From the IMG/VR virus record IMGVR_UViG_3300027714_000011, positions 14,554-78,553 of that record: DNA of 64,000 bases; one strand, 5' to 3'. The notes below the pieces were generated by a model, which was not told the origin of the DNA, made no database searches, and was given only the letters and a program-made list of their open reading frames with translations. Position 1 is the first letter of the stretch. The number at the start of each line of letters is the position of its first letter. Of this stretch, positions 47,520 through 59,200 are shown one piece after another. The position numbers and the translations under genes are program-made. This DNA comes from a virus.

Positions 47520-49457
47520 ATGGCAACTCCTCTAGTTAGAATACCGCAGCCAATGGGCGGCACAATGTATGCTTTCGCATCTTCAGCGAGAGATATGACT
47601 AGGGCCTTTAACAGTTCAGATTTAAATTTTGAGTTTAGTAAATATGCTTTATTAGATCTTCCAGATTTTACTGATTCAGTTAACGGCTCTAACACAATAG
47701 ATTTCGAAACAACTCTTAAGCAACCCTCGGGACAATCATATGTCGCTGGAATGCCTAATGTTGATTTCGCTCAAACATTTCAGAATTATGCCCTAAACCT
47801 AGAAGAGCTTCTATTAAAGGACGATGACTATGATCCAATTATTTTACAGTCGGATGCTGAAAAGATATTTTTTAAATGGATGTCTTCATTAGGTGCTGTA
47901 GATTTTATAGCTGCAGATTCTAATCAAACACTTGTTGGTAATTATACTGAAAAGGTTAACGGTACTTTAGCGAGTGAGAATTATGATAGAATTGTAAAGT
48001 ACTTAGGAACTATTGATGTAGAAAATGATGTGGCATACCAAGGTAATGCATACCATGAAGTTTATATTAATGTACCAACTTCTGTTGGATACACACCTAC
48101 TATTTTATTTAAACCAACAAACTATAATACAACAGCAACCAAATTATATGCTTCTGATTATATAGAGGGCAGAGAGGGTCAAACACACCCTGACCCGAAC
48201 ATTAATATTGATGCAGTTGTTGATGATTATACGGTAAGCAGTGGAGCATTTTACGATATACAAACTAATGCAACAAACAGTGTTGGAATTCAATTTGATT
48301 CTAGCGCATATGAAGAAATTAATAATAGCACTGATGTTAAATCTCTTTTAGATTTTGCTAAAAAAGGTCAAAAGTTTAGTTTTAACGCAGTTCTTGTTTA
48401 CTATGATATTTATAGTGAATCAGTCTCTGCAAACAGAGCGACTAACTTATACGGTATCTTGATATTAGATGATATTCAAGATGCATATGGTCCAGGTTCT
48501 AAAATTAATGAACAATCAAAGTTTAAGCCAAATGAAGTAACAGGTTTAAATGGTAATGCATTCTCGTTAAAATTAAATTTAAAATTTAATTCATCACTTG
48601 ATAATGTAGGTGTAGAAACATCAATTAATGATTTTACTACATTTTCTATGGATTTATTCATGGACACTACTACTGCATTAGAAAACGCAACAGAATTATT
48701 ATTACAAGCAAATAATAGATACTCTAAAATTGTAGATAGATTAGATGCCATAGAAACTCTAACATCTTCTAGTGACAATACTGCAAACATTTTAAATAGA
48801 TTATTTGCTTTAGAAGAAGATTTTCAAAACGCATCTGTTCAGTTGGCCGATTCTAACTCTTTATTAGAGTTAATTACAAAGGCGCATAATAAGATCAATA
48901 ATTTAATTGATGGAACCATTCCTGTAGAATTACAATATAACACAGATGTTTTATTTGCAGGTAAAGGTACAGAAGTTGACAAATCTATTCCTAATAAAAT
49001 AAAAATTAACAGTACGGTAGACGGATATAAGTTAAACACACCATATCTTTGGAATATGGCTGCAAAAGCAATTGCGACGCAGTTATCTACTGATGTGCAG
49101 TTTGATTCAGGTGTCGCTGGAAACGGATCATCTAAATTCGCAGTTTGGACTAGACTTGAAATATTCACAAATAGATTAAGTCTTAAAGGATTAATCTCTT
49201 CTGATCCTGAAAGTAATCTTAATATATACATTGACGACAGTTTAGTTGCTTGGAAAAGTGGACAGACTTTTAAAATTACATTTGATCCAATCAATATGTC
49301 TGGCAATAATATTAAAATATGGACAGGAGCAACAACAGGCTTTAATCAATTAATAGCAGATATTGATTCAACACAATTAATAACAAATAAACCATATATT
49401 GAAGTAGTGTGTATTGATTCCACTAACTATCAATTTGAAGCAGATATTTTAAGATAA
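47520..49457 (+). CDS. probable structural protein
   Basis: 645 aa in the structural operon; central coiled coil. Confidence 0.6.
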   Translation: MATPLVRIPQPMGGTMYAFASSARDMTRAFNSSDLNFEFSKYALLDLPDFTDSVNGSNTIDFETTLKQPSGQSYVAGMPNVDFAQTFQNYALNLEELLLKDDDYDPIILQSDAEKIFFKWMSSLGAVDFIAADSNQTLVGNYTEKVNGTLASENYDRIVKYLGTIDVENDVAYQGNAYHEVYINVPTSVGYTPTILFKPTNYNTTATKLYASDYIEGREGQTHPDPNINIDAVVDDYTVSSGAFYDIQTNATNSVGIQFDSSAYEEINNSTDVKSLLDFAKKGQKFSFNAVLVYYDIYSESVSANRATNLYGILILDDIQDAYGPGSKINEQSKFKPNEVTGLNGNAFSLKLNLKFNSSLDNVGVETSINDFTTFSMDLFMDTTTALENATELLLQANNRYSKIVDRLDAIETLTSSSDNTANILNRLFALEEDFQNASVQLADSNSLLELITKAHNKINNLIDGTIPVELQYNTDVLFAGKGTEVDKSIPNKIKINSTVDGYKLNTPYLWNMAAKAIATQLSTDVQFDSGVAGNGSSKFAVWTRLEIFTNRLSLKGLISSDPESNLNIYIDDSLVAWKSGQTFKITFDPINMSGNNIKIWTGATTGFNQLIADIDSTQLITNKPYIEVVCIDSTNYQFEADILR

Positions 49458-49458
49458 T

Positions 49459-52400
49459 ATGAATACTAACAACTCTATTTCTAATTCGCTCAAGAAACTA
49501 CTTGAAATTAACTCTAACTCTTTAAGAACGTTTGAGAGAATTAATGAGGCGATAACCACAGATCAAAAAGATGTACCACTTGAGTTACTAACTGAAGATG
49601 GAACTAAAACTGTTTATGTACCTTCATTTGGTTACATGAAAAGAGAATTAGAGAGATTAGACGTTAACTTAAAATCTTTAGCAGGATTGGGTAAAGGTAA
49701 TACTAGGATTAAGTTACCAGATGGTACATATCAGAGTATTATTACTACTAGATTAAAAACACCAGCTAATGATATTACTAGTTTTTCTAGACCAGTAAAT
49801 TTTTCAACTAAATCAAATTATTTCTTTGAGGATTTCTTAAACCCTATATTGACGACATCATTTAATGTGGGTGGTCAAATTCCAAATAACACAGAAAGAA
49901 TTTTAGTCAAAAGAATTTTATTAGATTCAAGTAACGCAGTTACTGTTGATTATTTTAATGCTAATTTTAAAAACAAAGAAGGACTAGATTATTCTACTGT
50001 AATTAGAGATATTGCAAACAATAATTTAACATATACATTAGACGAAGATACTCGTGATTTACCATATAAAACAGTACAATTCTCTGGTAAGTTTGACGTA
50101 TTAAAAATCAGCAACTCAAAAAGAGAAGTGCTTGTTAATTCAAGTAGCGGATCAGGAGCTGGAGCTGGAGCATTAGTTAAAAGAGCTATAAAATTATATA
50201 CACTTGATTCGTTAACATATAACGATTCTAATAAAGATTTAAAAAACACAGAGTTATTAAAAGTAGGTGATGAATTAATGGTCCAAAGCGGAGCAAGAAA
50301 CACCAGGTATAAAATAACAAGAATTGATGGTTCAACTAATCAAGTAGAATTATTAATAATTGAAGGATATGAATCAATTAAAATAGGTGCCAATCTACTT
50401 GGAATTTATAAGAATGACAATAATGATTTAACGGTTAATGTTAATGTAGGATTTAATGAAAGAGTTTTAATATTTGTTAAAGCGATCGATCCTGATTCTA
50501 AAATGTTAGCTGAATCATGGTCACCTGGAATTGGATTGTACACTAATGAATTAACACTAATTCAAGTCGATGGTTCAAATATACGATTAGACGATTACTA
50601 TAAGGAAGAGGTTTCTGATTTTGGAAAATATATCAGTGCTCTTAAAGAGGACTCTATTCCTCCTGCTACTTTAGGTATCACACCTGATGCTCCGGCATTG
50701 GAACTTAACAACTTTAAGGTAGTACAAATTAACTCTCACCTGACGGCTAACGATACTTCTGATAAGATTAAGAAATTATCAGCTGATAAAATTAATGTTG
50801 AAGAGAAGATTAAAAAATTAGATGAGACTATAGTTAAAAAGAGGTCAGAGATTTCTACTAAGAAATATGAATCTAATATCCAGAAAGATAAAGATAGAAA
50901 TGCTCTAAATGCTCTTATTACAGAGAGAACTAGTGAAACTAGTCTATATAATAGTATTGTAAATCAAATTCAATCTCTAGCATCTGGTAATAGTGCAACT
51001 AAAGTTTCTCCTAAATATAGAGTTAGAGGTTTTTGGGAAGTACCAAGCCCTAAAAAAGTTGCCGACACGGTTGATCAAAATATTGTAAAATTTGTTGTAC
51101 AATATAGATATTTGTCAACTAGTGGAAAGGCAAGCGAAGTTACTCAACTTCCATTCACAGAAGGTACTAGACAGAAAACTGCGGTATTTTCTAATTGGAA
51201 TGAAATACAAACTAAGGTCAGAGACAGATATAGAAACGCCTCTACTAGAAAGTTTGAATGGAAAGATAGTTTAGTTGAAGATGCACAGGCTGTAAACTTT
51301 AATCAGTTGGATATTTCTATCAATGAAGGAGAATTAATTGAAATTAGAGCTAAGTCTGTTTCTGAAGCAGGTTATCCTGCAAACCCAATATATTCTGATT
51401 GGTCAGAAGCAATCACTATTGATTTTCCAATAGCTGAAATAGACACAACTAATGTTGATGTGCTTATAATGACAAATGCTGCGGAAACAGCATCAGTTAA
51501 AATTTCACAGGAACTTACTTCTAAAGGAGTATTTTCACACATTAATGATTCATTTAGTGCCAATGAAAAGTATTATGCACACAGTGCAACTAGTATTGCT
51601 TCTGGATTTCTATCAGCTGAGCAAAAACCAATATCGGTTTATGATAAGATTGCAGAATTAGAAGCACAAATCGCGGGACTTAAAGACACTGTTGAAGTTG
51701 AAATAGGCGAGTTGATAGTTAAAATAATGGATGAAGACGGTACAGTAACTGTCATCAATAACGATACTAAAAATGAAATATTTGCAGGTTACTATACTGA
51801 TGAGGTTGCAAGTTTAACTATTAAGAAGGGCCATATTGTCACAAAGACATTTAAACTTCTTTTGGAAAATACTAAAGCTACTAAATTAGAACTAGTTTCT
51901 AGATTAATAGGTGATAGAAATTTACCGGCATATAGATCAACTTCTACAATATCTACAATATCCTCTAATGGATTTGGTGTAAAATTAAATGACAGTGGAA
52001 ATACTGACGTAGACAATAAGGTTAGTTCTGATAATTATTATACATCTGAAGGTAAATATGATTTAGTGCCTATTCAATACCAAAATATTGATAATACATC
52101 TATATCGTCATATGACTTATTGGCAGAGGCGCCATATCAATCAGCACAAAGACGTGGTCAATTTGTATATTCTAGATTTATGGATATAGCAAATCAAAAC
52201 CCGCTATACACTACTGAATCACTATTGGACACAACTGGTGGCGGTAACAGTTTTATTAATTACGAATACAGTTTAAATTACGCGGATTTTCAAGGAACAG
52301 ATTCTGTAACCCTAGAGAGTGTCACTGGTGATGGAGATTCAGTTGATTTTATATGGACTGGAACATTCGGCAGATCAAGCCTTGGAGTTTCGGCTAATGC

Positions 52401-53211
52401 CGACATATCTAGTGACTTTAGTTCGTCTAAAGTTGACGTATGTAGTATTGGTACTATAGGAGCTGCAAATTATAATAATGGTTTGTTTCTTCATAAGGAC
52501 CACCCAGATTTAGAAAATCTATATCAGGATTTACAAGATAACGGCTCGTCCAATAATGCAAATGTAACTGTTGCTGAACAACAAACCAATATTCAAACCT
52601 TAGTAAATAACGCTCTATATACTATGCCAATACCATCTACGTATGCTACTGGAACTTCATATGTATATAGTGGTTTAGCAATAGGTTCTTCATTCTCACC
52701 TTCTGCTGTAAACGCTAATAAGGCAACCAAACAATTAGCGTTTCAGAAAACTTCAAATTTAATTACTGAAGGAGATAGAACCTTCAAAATGTCATTCGAC
52801 GCAAATGATCAATATCTTTTAGGTGGAAGATCATGTGGTGCGTTCTTATTCTTATCGCCTATTAATTTAAATACATTAAAAGTCGGGGGTGATACACGTC
52901 AAAGTAGAAAAAATATAAAAAAGAAAGTTGGTAATTTAGATAGCTCTAGTGCACTTTCAGTAGATATTGTTTTCCAGTACAGGATGACAGATTACTTTGG
53001 AAATGATTCCGATTCTGATATAGGTAGAGTTGGGGGACAAGCTAAATTAAGATTTCCTAATTTAACATATACCAAGAAGATAGGATTAGACATTTTTGAT
53101 AAGTATGACCAACAATTCTCATTTGATTTAGAGGTATTTGCTAAATACAGCCCAAGAGGTAAAAACTTAAACTCTATCAGAGCTGCAAAATTGACTAGAT
53201 TCGGTAACTAA
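49459..53211 (+). CDS. large probable structural protein
   Basis: 1250 aa; coiled coil and FN3-like segment (IRAKSVSEAGYP..YSDWS). Confidence 0.6.
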   Translation: MNTNNSISNSLKKLLEINSNSLRTFERINEAITTDQKDVPLELLTEDGTKTVYVPSFGYMKRELERLDVNLKSLAGLGKGNTRIKLPDGTYQSIITTRLKTPANDITSFSRPVNFSTKSNYFFEDFLNPILTTSFNVGGQIPNNTERILVKRILLDSSNAVTVDYFNANFKNKEGLDYSTVIRDIANNNLTYTLDEDTRDLPYKTVQFSGKFDVLKISNSKREVLVNSSSGSGAGAGALVKRAIKLYTLDSLTYNDSNKDLKNTELLKVGDELMVQSGARNTRYKITRIDGSTNQVELLIIEGYESIKIGANLLGIYKNDNNDLTVNVNVGFNERVLIFVKAIDPDSKMLAESWSPGIGLYTNELTLIQVDGSNIRLDDYYKEEVSDFGKYISALKEDSIPPATLGITPDAPALELNNFKVVQINSHLTANDTSDKIKKLSADKINVEEKIKKLDETIVKKRSEISTKKYESNIQKDKDRNALNALITERTSETSLYNSIVNQIQSLASGNSATKVSPKYRVRGFWEVPSPKKVADTVDQNIVKFVVQYRYLSTSGKASEVTQLPFTEGTRQKTAVFSNWNEIQTKVRDRYRNASTRKFEWKDSLVEDAQAVNFNQLDISINEGELIEIRAKSVSEAGYPANPIYSDWSEAITIDFPIAEIDTTNVDVLIMTNAAETASVKISQELTSKGVFSHINDSFSANEKYYAHSATSIASGFLSAEQKPISVYDKIAELEAQIAGLKDTVEVEIGELIVKIMDEDGTVTVINNDTKNEIFAGYYTDEVASLTIKKGHIVTKTFKLLLENTKATKLELVSRLIGDRNLPAYRSTSTISTISSNGFGVKLNDSGNTDVDNKVSSDNYYTSEGKYDLVPIQYQNIDNTSISSYDLLAEAPYQSAQRRGQFVYSRFMDIANQNPLYTTESLLDTTGGGNSFINYEYSLNYADFQGTDSVTLESVTGDGDSVDFIWTGTFGRSSLGVSANADISSDFSSSKVDVCSIGTIGAANYNNGLFLHKDHPDLENLYQDLQDNGSSNNANVTVAEQQTNIQTLVNNALYTMPIPSTYATGTSYVYSGLAIGSSFSPSAVNANKATKQLAFQKTSNLITEGDRTFKMSFDANDQYLLGGRSCGAFLFLSPINLNTLKVGGDTRQSRKNIKKKVGNLDSSSALSVDIVFQYRMTDYFGNDSDSDIGRVGGQAKLRFPNLTYTKKIGLDIFDKYDQQFSFDLEVFAKYSPRGKNLNSIRAAKLTRFGN

Positions 53212-53271
53212 TTAAATCTTGATATATATAAAACAGATAATAGAACTGTCTATATAAAAAGATTTAAATAA

Positions 53272-56200
53272 ATGGCCGTAACATCGATTTTACTTAAAAC
53301 CAACGGAGAGACAACGAGCGCACTATCATGCTCAAACACTTCTGTTGGTACACGCACATTAGATTATGATGATGCAAATCCAATCACTATTGGTGTAACG
53401 ATATTATATGAAACGTTTGACACTGTTCATTTTATAGGCGGAGACCTATGGTACGTACTGGATAGTGGAACAAAAACATATCAAATAAATAATAGCGGTG
53501 TGGTGATTGACATATCATCATGTTTGCCACCGACTGCAACGCCAGTTCCGACTGCAACGCCAGTTCCGACTGCAACGCCAGTTCCGACTGCAACGCCAGT
53601 TCCGACTGCAACGCCAGGTCCGACTGCAACACCAGATATATTGGCTCCAATAATATTGATTACAGGGCAAAATCCTTATCAAATTGAAGTCTCCTCTACA
53701 TATAATGATGCCGGCGCTACTGCTGATGGTGGAGAAACAGTTACTTCTACTGGAACTGTTGATACCTCAACAGTTGGAGTGTATACTATTACTTACTCAG
53801 CTACTGATGCTGCTAATAATACAGGAACTGCTAATAGAACAGTGAATGTAGTTGACACTACTATTCCAGTAATTACCTTATCAGGTGCTAATCCCCTAAA
53901 CATTAATGTTAATAGTGCATATGTTGATCCTGGATATACTGCAACTGATAACTATGACGGTGATATTACAAGCACCGTAAGCATTAGTGGAGACACAGTA
54001 GATGTCAGTACAGTGGGTGTATACACAATTACTTACAATGTAACTGATGCAGCAACAAATCCAGCTGTTCCAAAAACTAGAACTGTAAATGTAAACGACA
54101 CTTCAGCTCCAGTTCCAGACGACGCAACATATGATGTTGCATGGAATAGTTTTAAAAACATCATGTTAACTGCAACTGATAATGTAGACTTAAGCGGGGA
54201 TTTAACATATACTATAGAAACTAATCCCAGTAAAGGTACTTTATCTACGCTCAGTGGTAATACAATTACATACACACATACTGACACTGTATACGGCTCG
54301 GATTCTTTTACTTTTAAAGCTACAGATTCAGAAAACAACGTTTCAAACATTGGTACTATTACATTAAATCCATTAAACAGTGCACCTGTAATAACTGGAC
54401 CCAATATAGTTACTTTATTGCAAACAGAAATAGCAAGCTTTTCTATTGGAATCTCTGATAGCGATAGCGATGCTGTAAATATTGTAGAAATAACTGCAGT
54501 TGCAAATGGTACGATATCTACAACGACGACTACATCAGGGTTAGAGGTAACATATACACCTAATGTTGGACATTCTGGCGGTGATCAATGGATTATCAAA
54601 GGAGAAGATTCTAAAGGTGAAAGCTCAAACACATTAACGATTAATTTTGCTATTGAAGCGGTTCCTTATTTCGAAATGAATGCAGGCTCTTATGGAAGTG
54701 ACGAAAGTGAATTATGTCTTGCAGATACACCCTTTATATTATATGGTAAAACTTTACAGGCTAACAATGCAGTAGGCTTGGCGGTTGGAAATACATTATA
54801 TCAAGATAATAATTTGACGAATCCATTAACATGGACCGGAAGCGGGGATAATTCATTCCCTGTTTCAGATACAAGTGGAAAGCGTATACTTACTATTGAT
54901 ACCAATGGTTTAATCACAGCAATAGCTGATTCATGTGGGGACGATGTTGATTCAACATCAACTGACGTCAAATATGCAACAAATGCCATAGCATTTTGCG
55001 AAGGAGATACAGAGAACACTAGTGTATGGTATAACGGAACAGCCGAACAAACACTAGCAGAACTGGTTGCTGCAGGAATACCTCTTTTTATCGACAAGTA
55101 TTCTTCTGATTTATACACCCTAACAGAAGGCGCCACATTGCAAGGTGTTATAGATAGTGGAATTTATAGTGGAATTAACGAAAATATTCGATATTATAAG
55201 AGATCTACTGTAAACAATTGGGGTGCAACTGGTGATGTTGTAGATCCATATTTATGGAAATGTGAAGAACCAGTGGTTAATACGGTTCATGAATTAACAT
55301 CAATATACAAATCAAATTTAACCGATCCTGGTATAAATGAATTTTGTCAAGCGACACAGTCGGTTGTAAGTTTGTTTTATGTTTTACCAGAAGGTGTTAA
55401 TCCATATACTAATCTTATATCATTAGCTCAATCTAACACGTTAGTTTATATGTCATATGACGGTGCACTAGGTGAAGATCCAATTGATTTATTTGAATCT
55501 AATGTATTTTCAACCACCAGCAACACTGACGTGAATACTGAGTATTTAATTTGGGAAAATACTGGAGACGGTATAAATTTAAAATGGTTAGGATATGATA
55601 ATAACGGGCTCGTTGCTTTTGGTAATCAAATCACGGTAACTGGTAAATGTTCGAGTTACGAAAAACCAGCATTAACTTCAGTCTCAAGGAGTAATATTGA
55701 TGGAACTGAATTTTCTAACAACTCAGTATTCTATGCATTTTATTCATGCGATCCTGAAATAGAAGGTCCGGAATTAGGTAATGAAACAGAAACATTATTT
55801 TGGCCAATATATGTCATAGACAGCTTACACCTGGATTCTTCTGGAGATACAGGTAGTTATATAAAAGATTTTATAGATACTTTATCATTCGACAATGTGA
55901 TAAAGACCAGTGACTTTGGAAGTTGTTTAGAGTACGCGTTTAAAATAGTAGCAGAAGATTTAGACGATGCTATTTCAATATTAAATAAAGACTTTGAGCT
56001 TACTTCAAAACAAAGGACAGTGGTTTCAAGTGGCACAAGAATAGGTTTAGGTAGTGAAAGCACAGTAAATGTTTATGAAAATTCAGAATCAAGTGAGTGT
56101 GTTTCAGGTGTTACGTCTAATATTTTAAATACGTACACATTCCCAATAGTTCCTAACTATGACAATATTAACGCTAGACCTAACTTTAATACTCAAACAA

Positions 56201-59200
56201 ATTATAAATTAGATCACGTAGCTAAGCCTTTGGTGAGAACCAATCCTAAACTTTCAGGTAATATAAAAATAGTAACTGATTCAAATGATACGGTTTATTT
56301 AGAAAGTATTAGTGCAAATGCAGAACTATCTTCTATAAAATATAAAAAGTATCCTATTAATCCAAATGGTTTTTATTCAACTGATGTTGCAAAATTCTTT
56401 AAATCAACAAGTACACCTTCTGATTTAATTTATTTAACCAAAAGAGCTAATTCTGATTTAACGATCTTAAATTCATATGACAAACAAATAGAAGAAGAGT
56501 ATCAATATGGTACCACTTATAATTATTCAAAAAATTATACAGAGGGTTATAGAATGTTTGCACCTATATGGGCAGATAATAACATGCCAAGTAATTTTGT
56601 TATATTTAGAGTTAAAAATCCAACAGATGCTGATTCAACAAACACGTCTAATTTTGATAGAATTGATGACATGCTCAGTAATGCAGAGATAATTAAAACG
56701 TTTGATTTATCTAAATCTTCTAATTTAGGTAAGTATATTAGATCACATGTACAACAAGAGACATTCCCTAAATCGCCTATTACAGTTTCATTTGATAAAG
56801 GCGAGACGACTAATTACAATGGTATTGATATTAAATCTGGTGAAATTACAAGTAAAGGTGAATACATTTTTAAGGATTTCGTCGAGACTGACAAGCCCTT
56901 AATTGAAGCCAATGATTTTATCACTGATGGTTTTAGAAGAAATGACATGCTATGTGCAAATCTATTAAACTTAGAATTTTTATTCGATGACGCGGATGCT
57001 GCCGATTATGAGGTAAACAGATATTTTGGACTATATGTTGATGCTATAGATTCTGGTAATGGAGAAATAAACTCTATAAATAATAACATTGTTAAATTTA
57101 GTAAGGTAAATTCTTTGGTAAACCCCGAAGATCCTAATACTGCCATACCTAGTCATAAACAAATGTCAACTACACCTACTCTTGGTTATGTTAAAATAAA
57201 CGATATTTTTTATAAGATTTCTAATTCGGGATTATATGATCCTGTTAAATTAGAGGTTAAAATAGACACATCTTCTGATGTTGTTGAAAAATCTATTGGA
57301 ATTTCACATGTTGGCAGATCTGTTAATTTAACAGAAAATAATGAAAGAGGATATGATTTTGTTAAAATGTCTATTATTGATACACCTGAAACCGGTGATA
57401 AAATAGCGGCAATTGAATCTAGAGAAGAATCCTATGAATTTACTTTTATAAAGCATACTCCTGGAGAAATAATCAACATAAACATAGAAGATTCAACCGG
57501 AACATATTTGTTTAGTTTTAGTACAGCCTCTTTATTTCATGGAACCAATGTTTCAACAGAACAAAACATGAAAGTTTCATTTGCTGCACTACCGATAGGA
57601 TTAAACTCTTACCTGGACTTGTCGGTTAATCCTATCACTAAGTCCTTTGTTATAACTGAAAATAAAACCAATTTAGGCGATTTAAATATGTCTATTTCTG
57701 GAGCTTTAAGTTCTATTATTAGAATAGATCAACTACAAACTAACGTTGAAATTCAAAATGCAACGTACGTTGCTATATACAATTTACCTAAAGGAACTTA
57801 TAATGGCAGATTTTTCTCCAATCAAGGTAGCTTTGGCGATGTAGCTTCAGCGCTTTCAGCAGCAATAAATGATGATAAAGACTCGTCGCTAGAATCTTAT
57901 AACATCGGAGCTGATCTTTGGGTGAAATCTAAAGTGCCGGGTTATAGATTATTACAACATACTGTATTAGTAAATAAAGAGAATGTTGTTGATTTTATAA
58001 ATGTTAGAAATTTAGATCTAAGTAACATACTAAAACTTAGAAGTGGCGATGACACTGTACTTTCACAATGGTATGCACATTATCTAAATGGTGGTAATTC
58101 AACCGGGAAATCAATATTTGTTGATAACACAACTCTTAGTGAAATTTCTATTGGTGATTATCTAGAAACTAGACTAGACAGTGTATACAATAGAGTATTA
58201 GACATAGTTGAAGATATTACTGTACCTAATTCTATTAATTCTAAATTAATTTTAAAATTAAAATCTGATTTAAATGAAGGTGAGAATAGAGTATTTAACG
58301 AGAATGTAGTAGACATTGGTTTGTTTTCTGCATACAATGTGTATGACATGAACTTTGATTTCTATGACGAAACTAATTCTAAATTAAAAGAATTAGAATA
58401 TGAAGTTAGAGATAATATTCAATATGAGCCTTATGAAAATGCATTGTCAGAAATTGATCCTATTACTGGAGAGTTTAACACTATATTATCGGCTAATGAT
58501 ATTTTTAACGATGACTTCGCGCTTGAACCAATAAATTATTTTTCTAATCTTTCAGGTATTTTAAGTGAAGAGTCTATTGATGAGACCTTATCTGAAAATA
58601 TTACTAGTGAATTCGATAGATTAAAAGAAAATCAACTTAAAGAATTTTCTACTAATTCAAGAATTGTACCTAATATTAATAAGTGGGTGCTAAAAGATTC
58701 GTTAACTGTCAGAGATCAGCCGTATTATTTAAATACAAACGAGGCATTTGGTAGAACTAACTTTTCACCTGATATTAGTGTAACGGGAAGAAGCAAGGAC
58801 GACATGTCGCATGAATGGTTTTATATGGATAAAAAACCAAAGTATTTAAAATACAATGAATTAAATGATACGTTCTCATACGTAAACTTCATTGAGGATT
58901 TTGATCTAACTCCTGATTTATTTAAGAGTACCAAGAACAATTACTTTGATAAGTTTATGATTACTGAAGGTTTTGAAAAGAATTTGAATCAAGAAGACTT
59001 AGTGGACATCTCTGATAAATTCCGAGAGTTTACTGGAGAATATTTAAACCAAGATGATATTAATAATACATTCTTTAAAACAGAATTAAAGAAAAAGTAT
59101 ACATTAATTGATGGCGGTAGTAGTGACTCCTTTGCTAATACTATATTCAAGGGTTTAAAAGTTACTTTAAAAAATAGAAAGGAGTTTGTTAATAAAACTG

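Noticed and set aside
46906-49306. Minus-strand ORFs of 93-184 aa opposite structural genes (also 32156-32512 and 54033-54404)
   Set aside because: Antisense to well-supported + strand genes, with no recognisable motifs.
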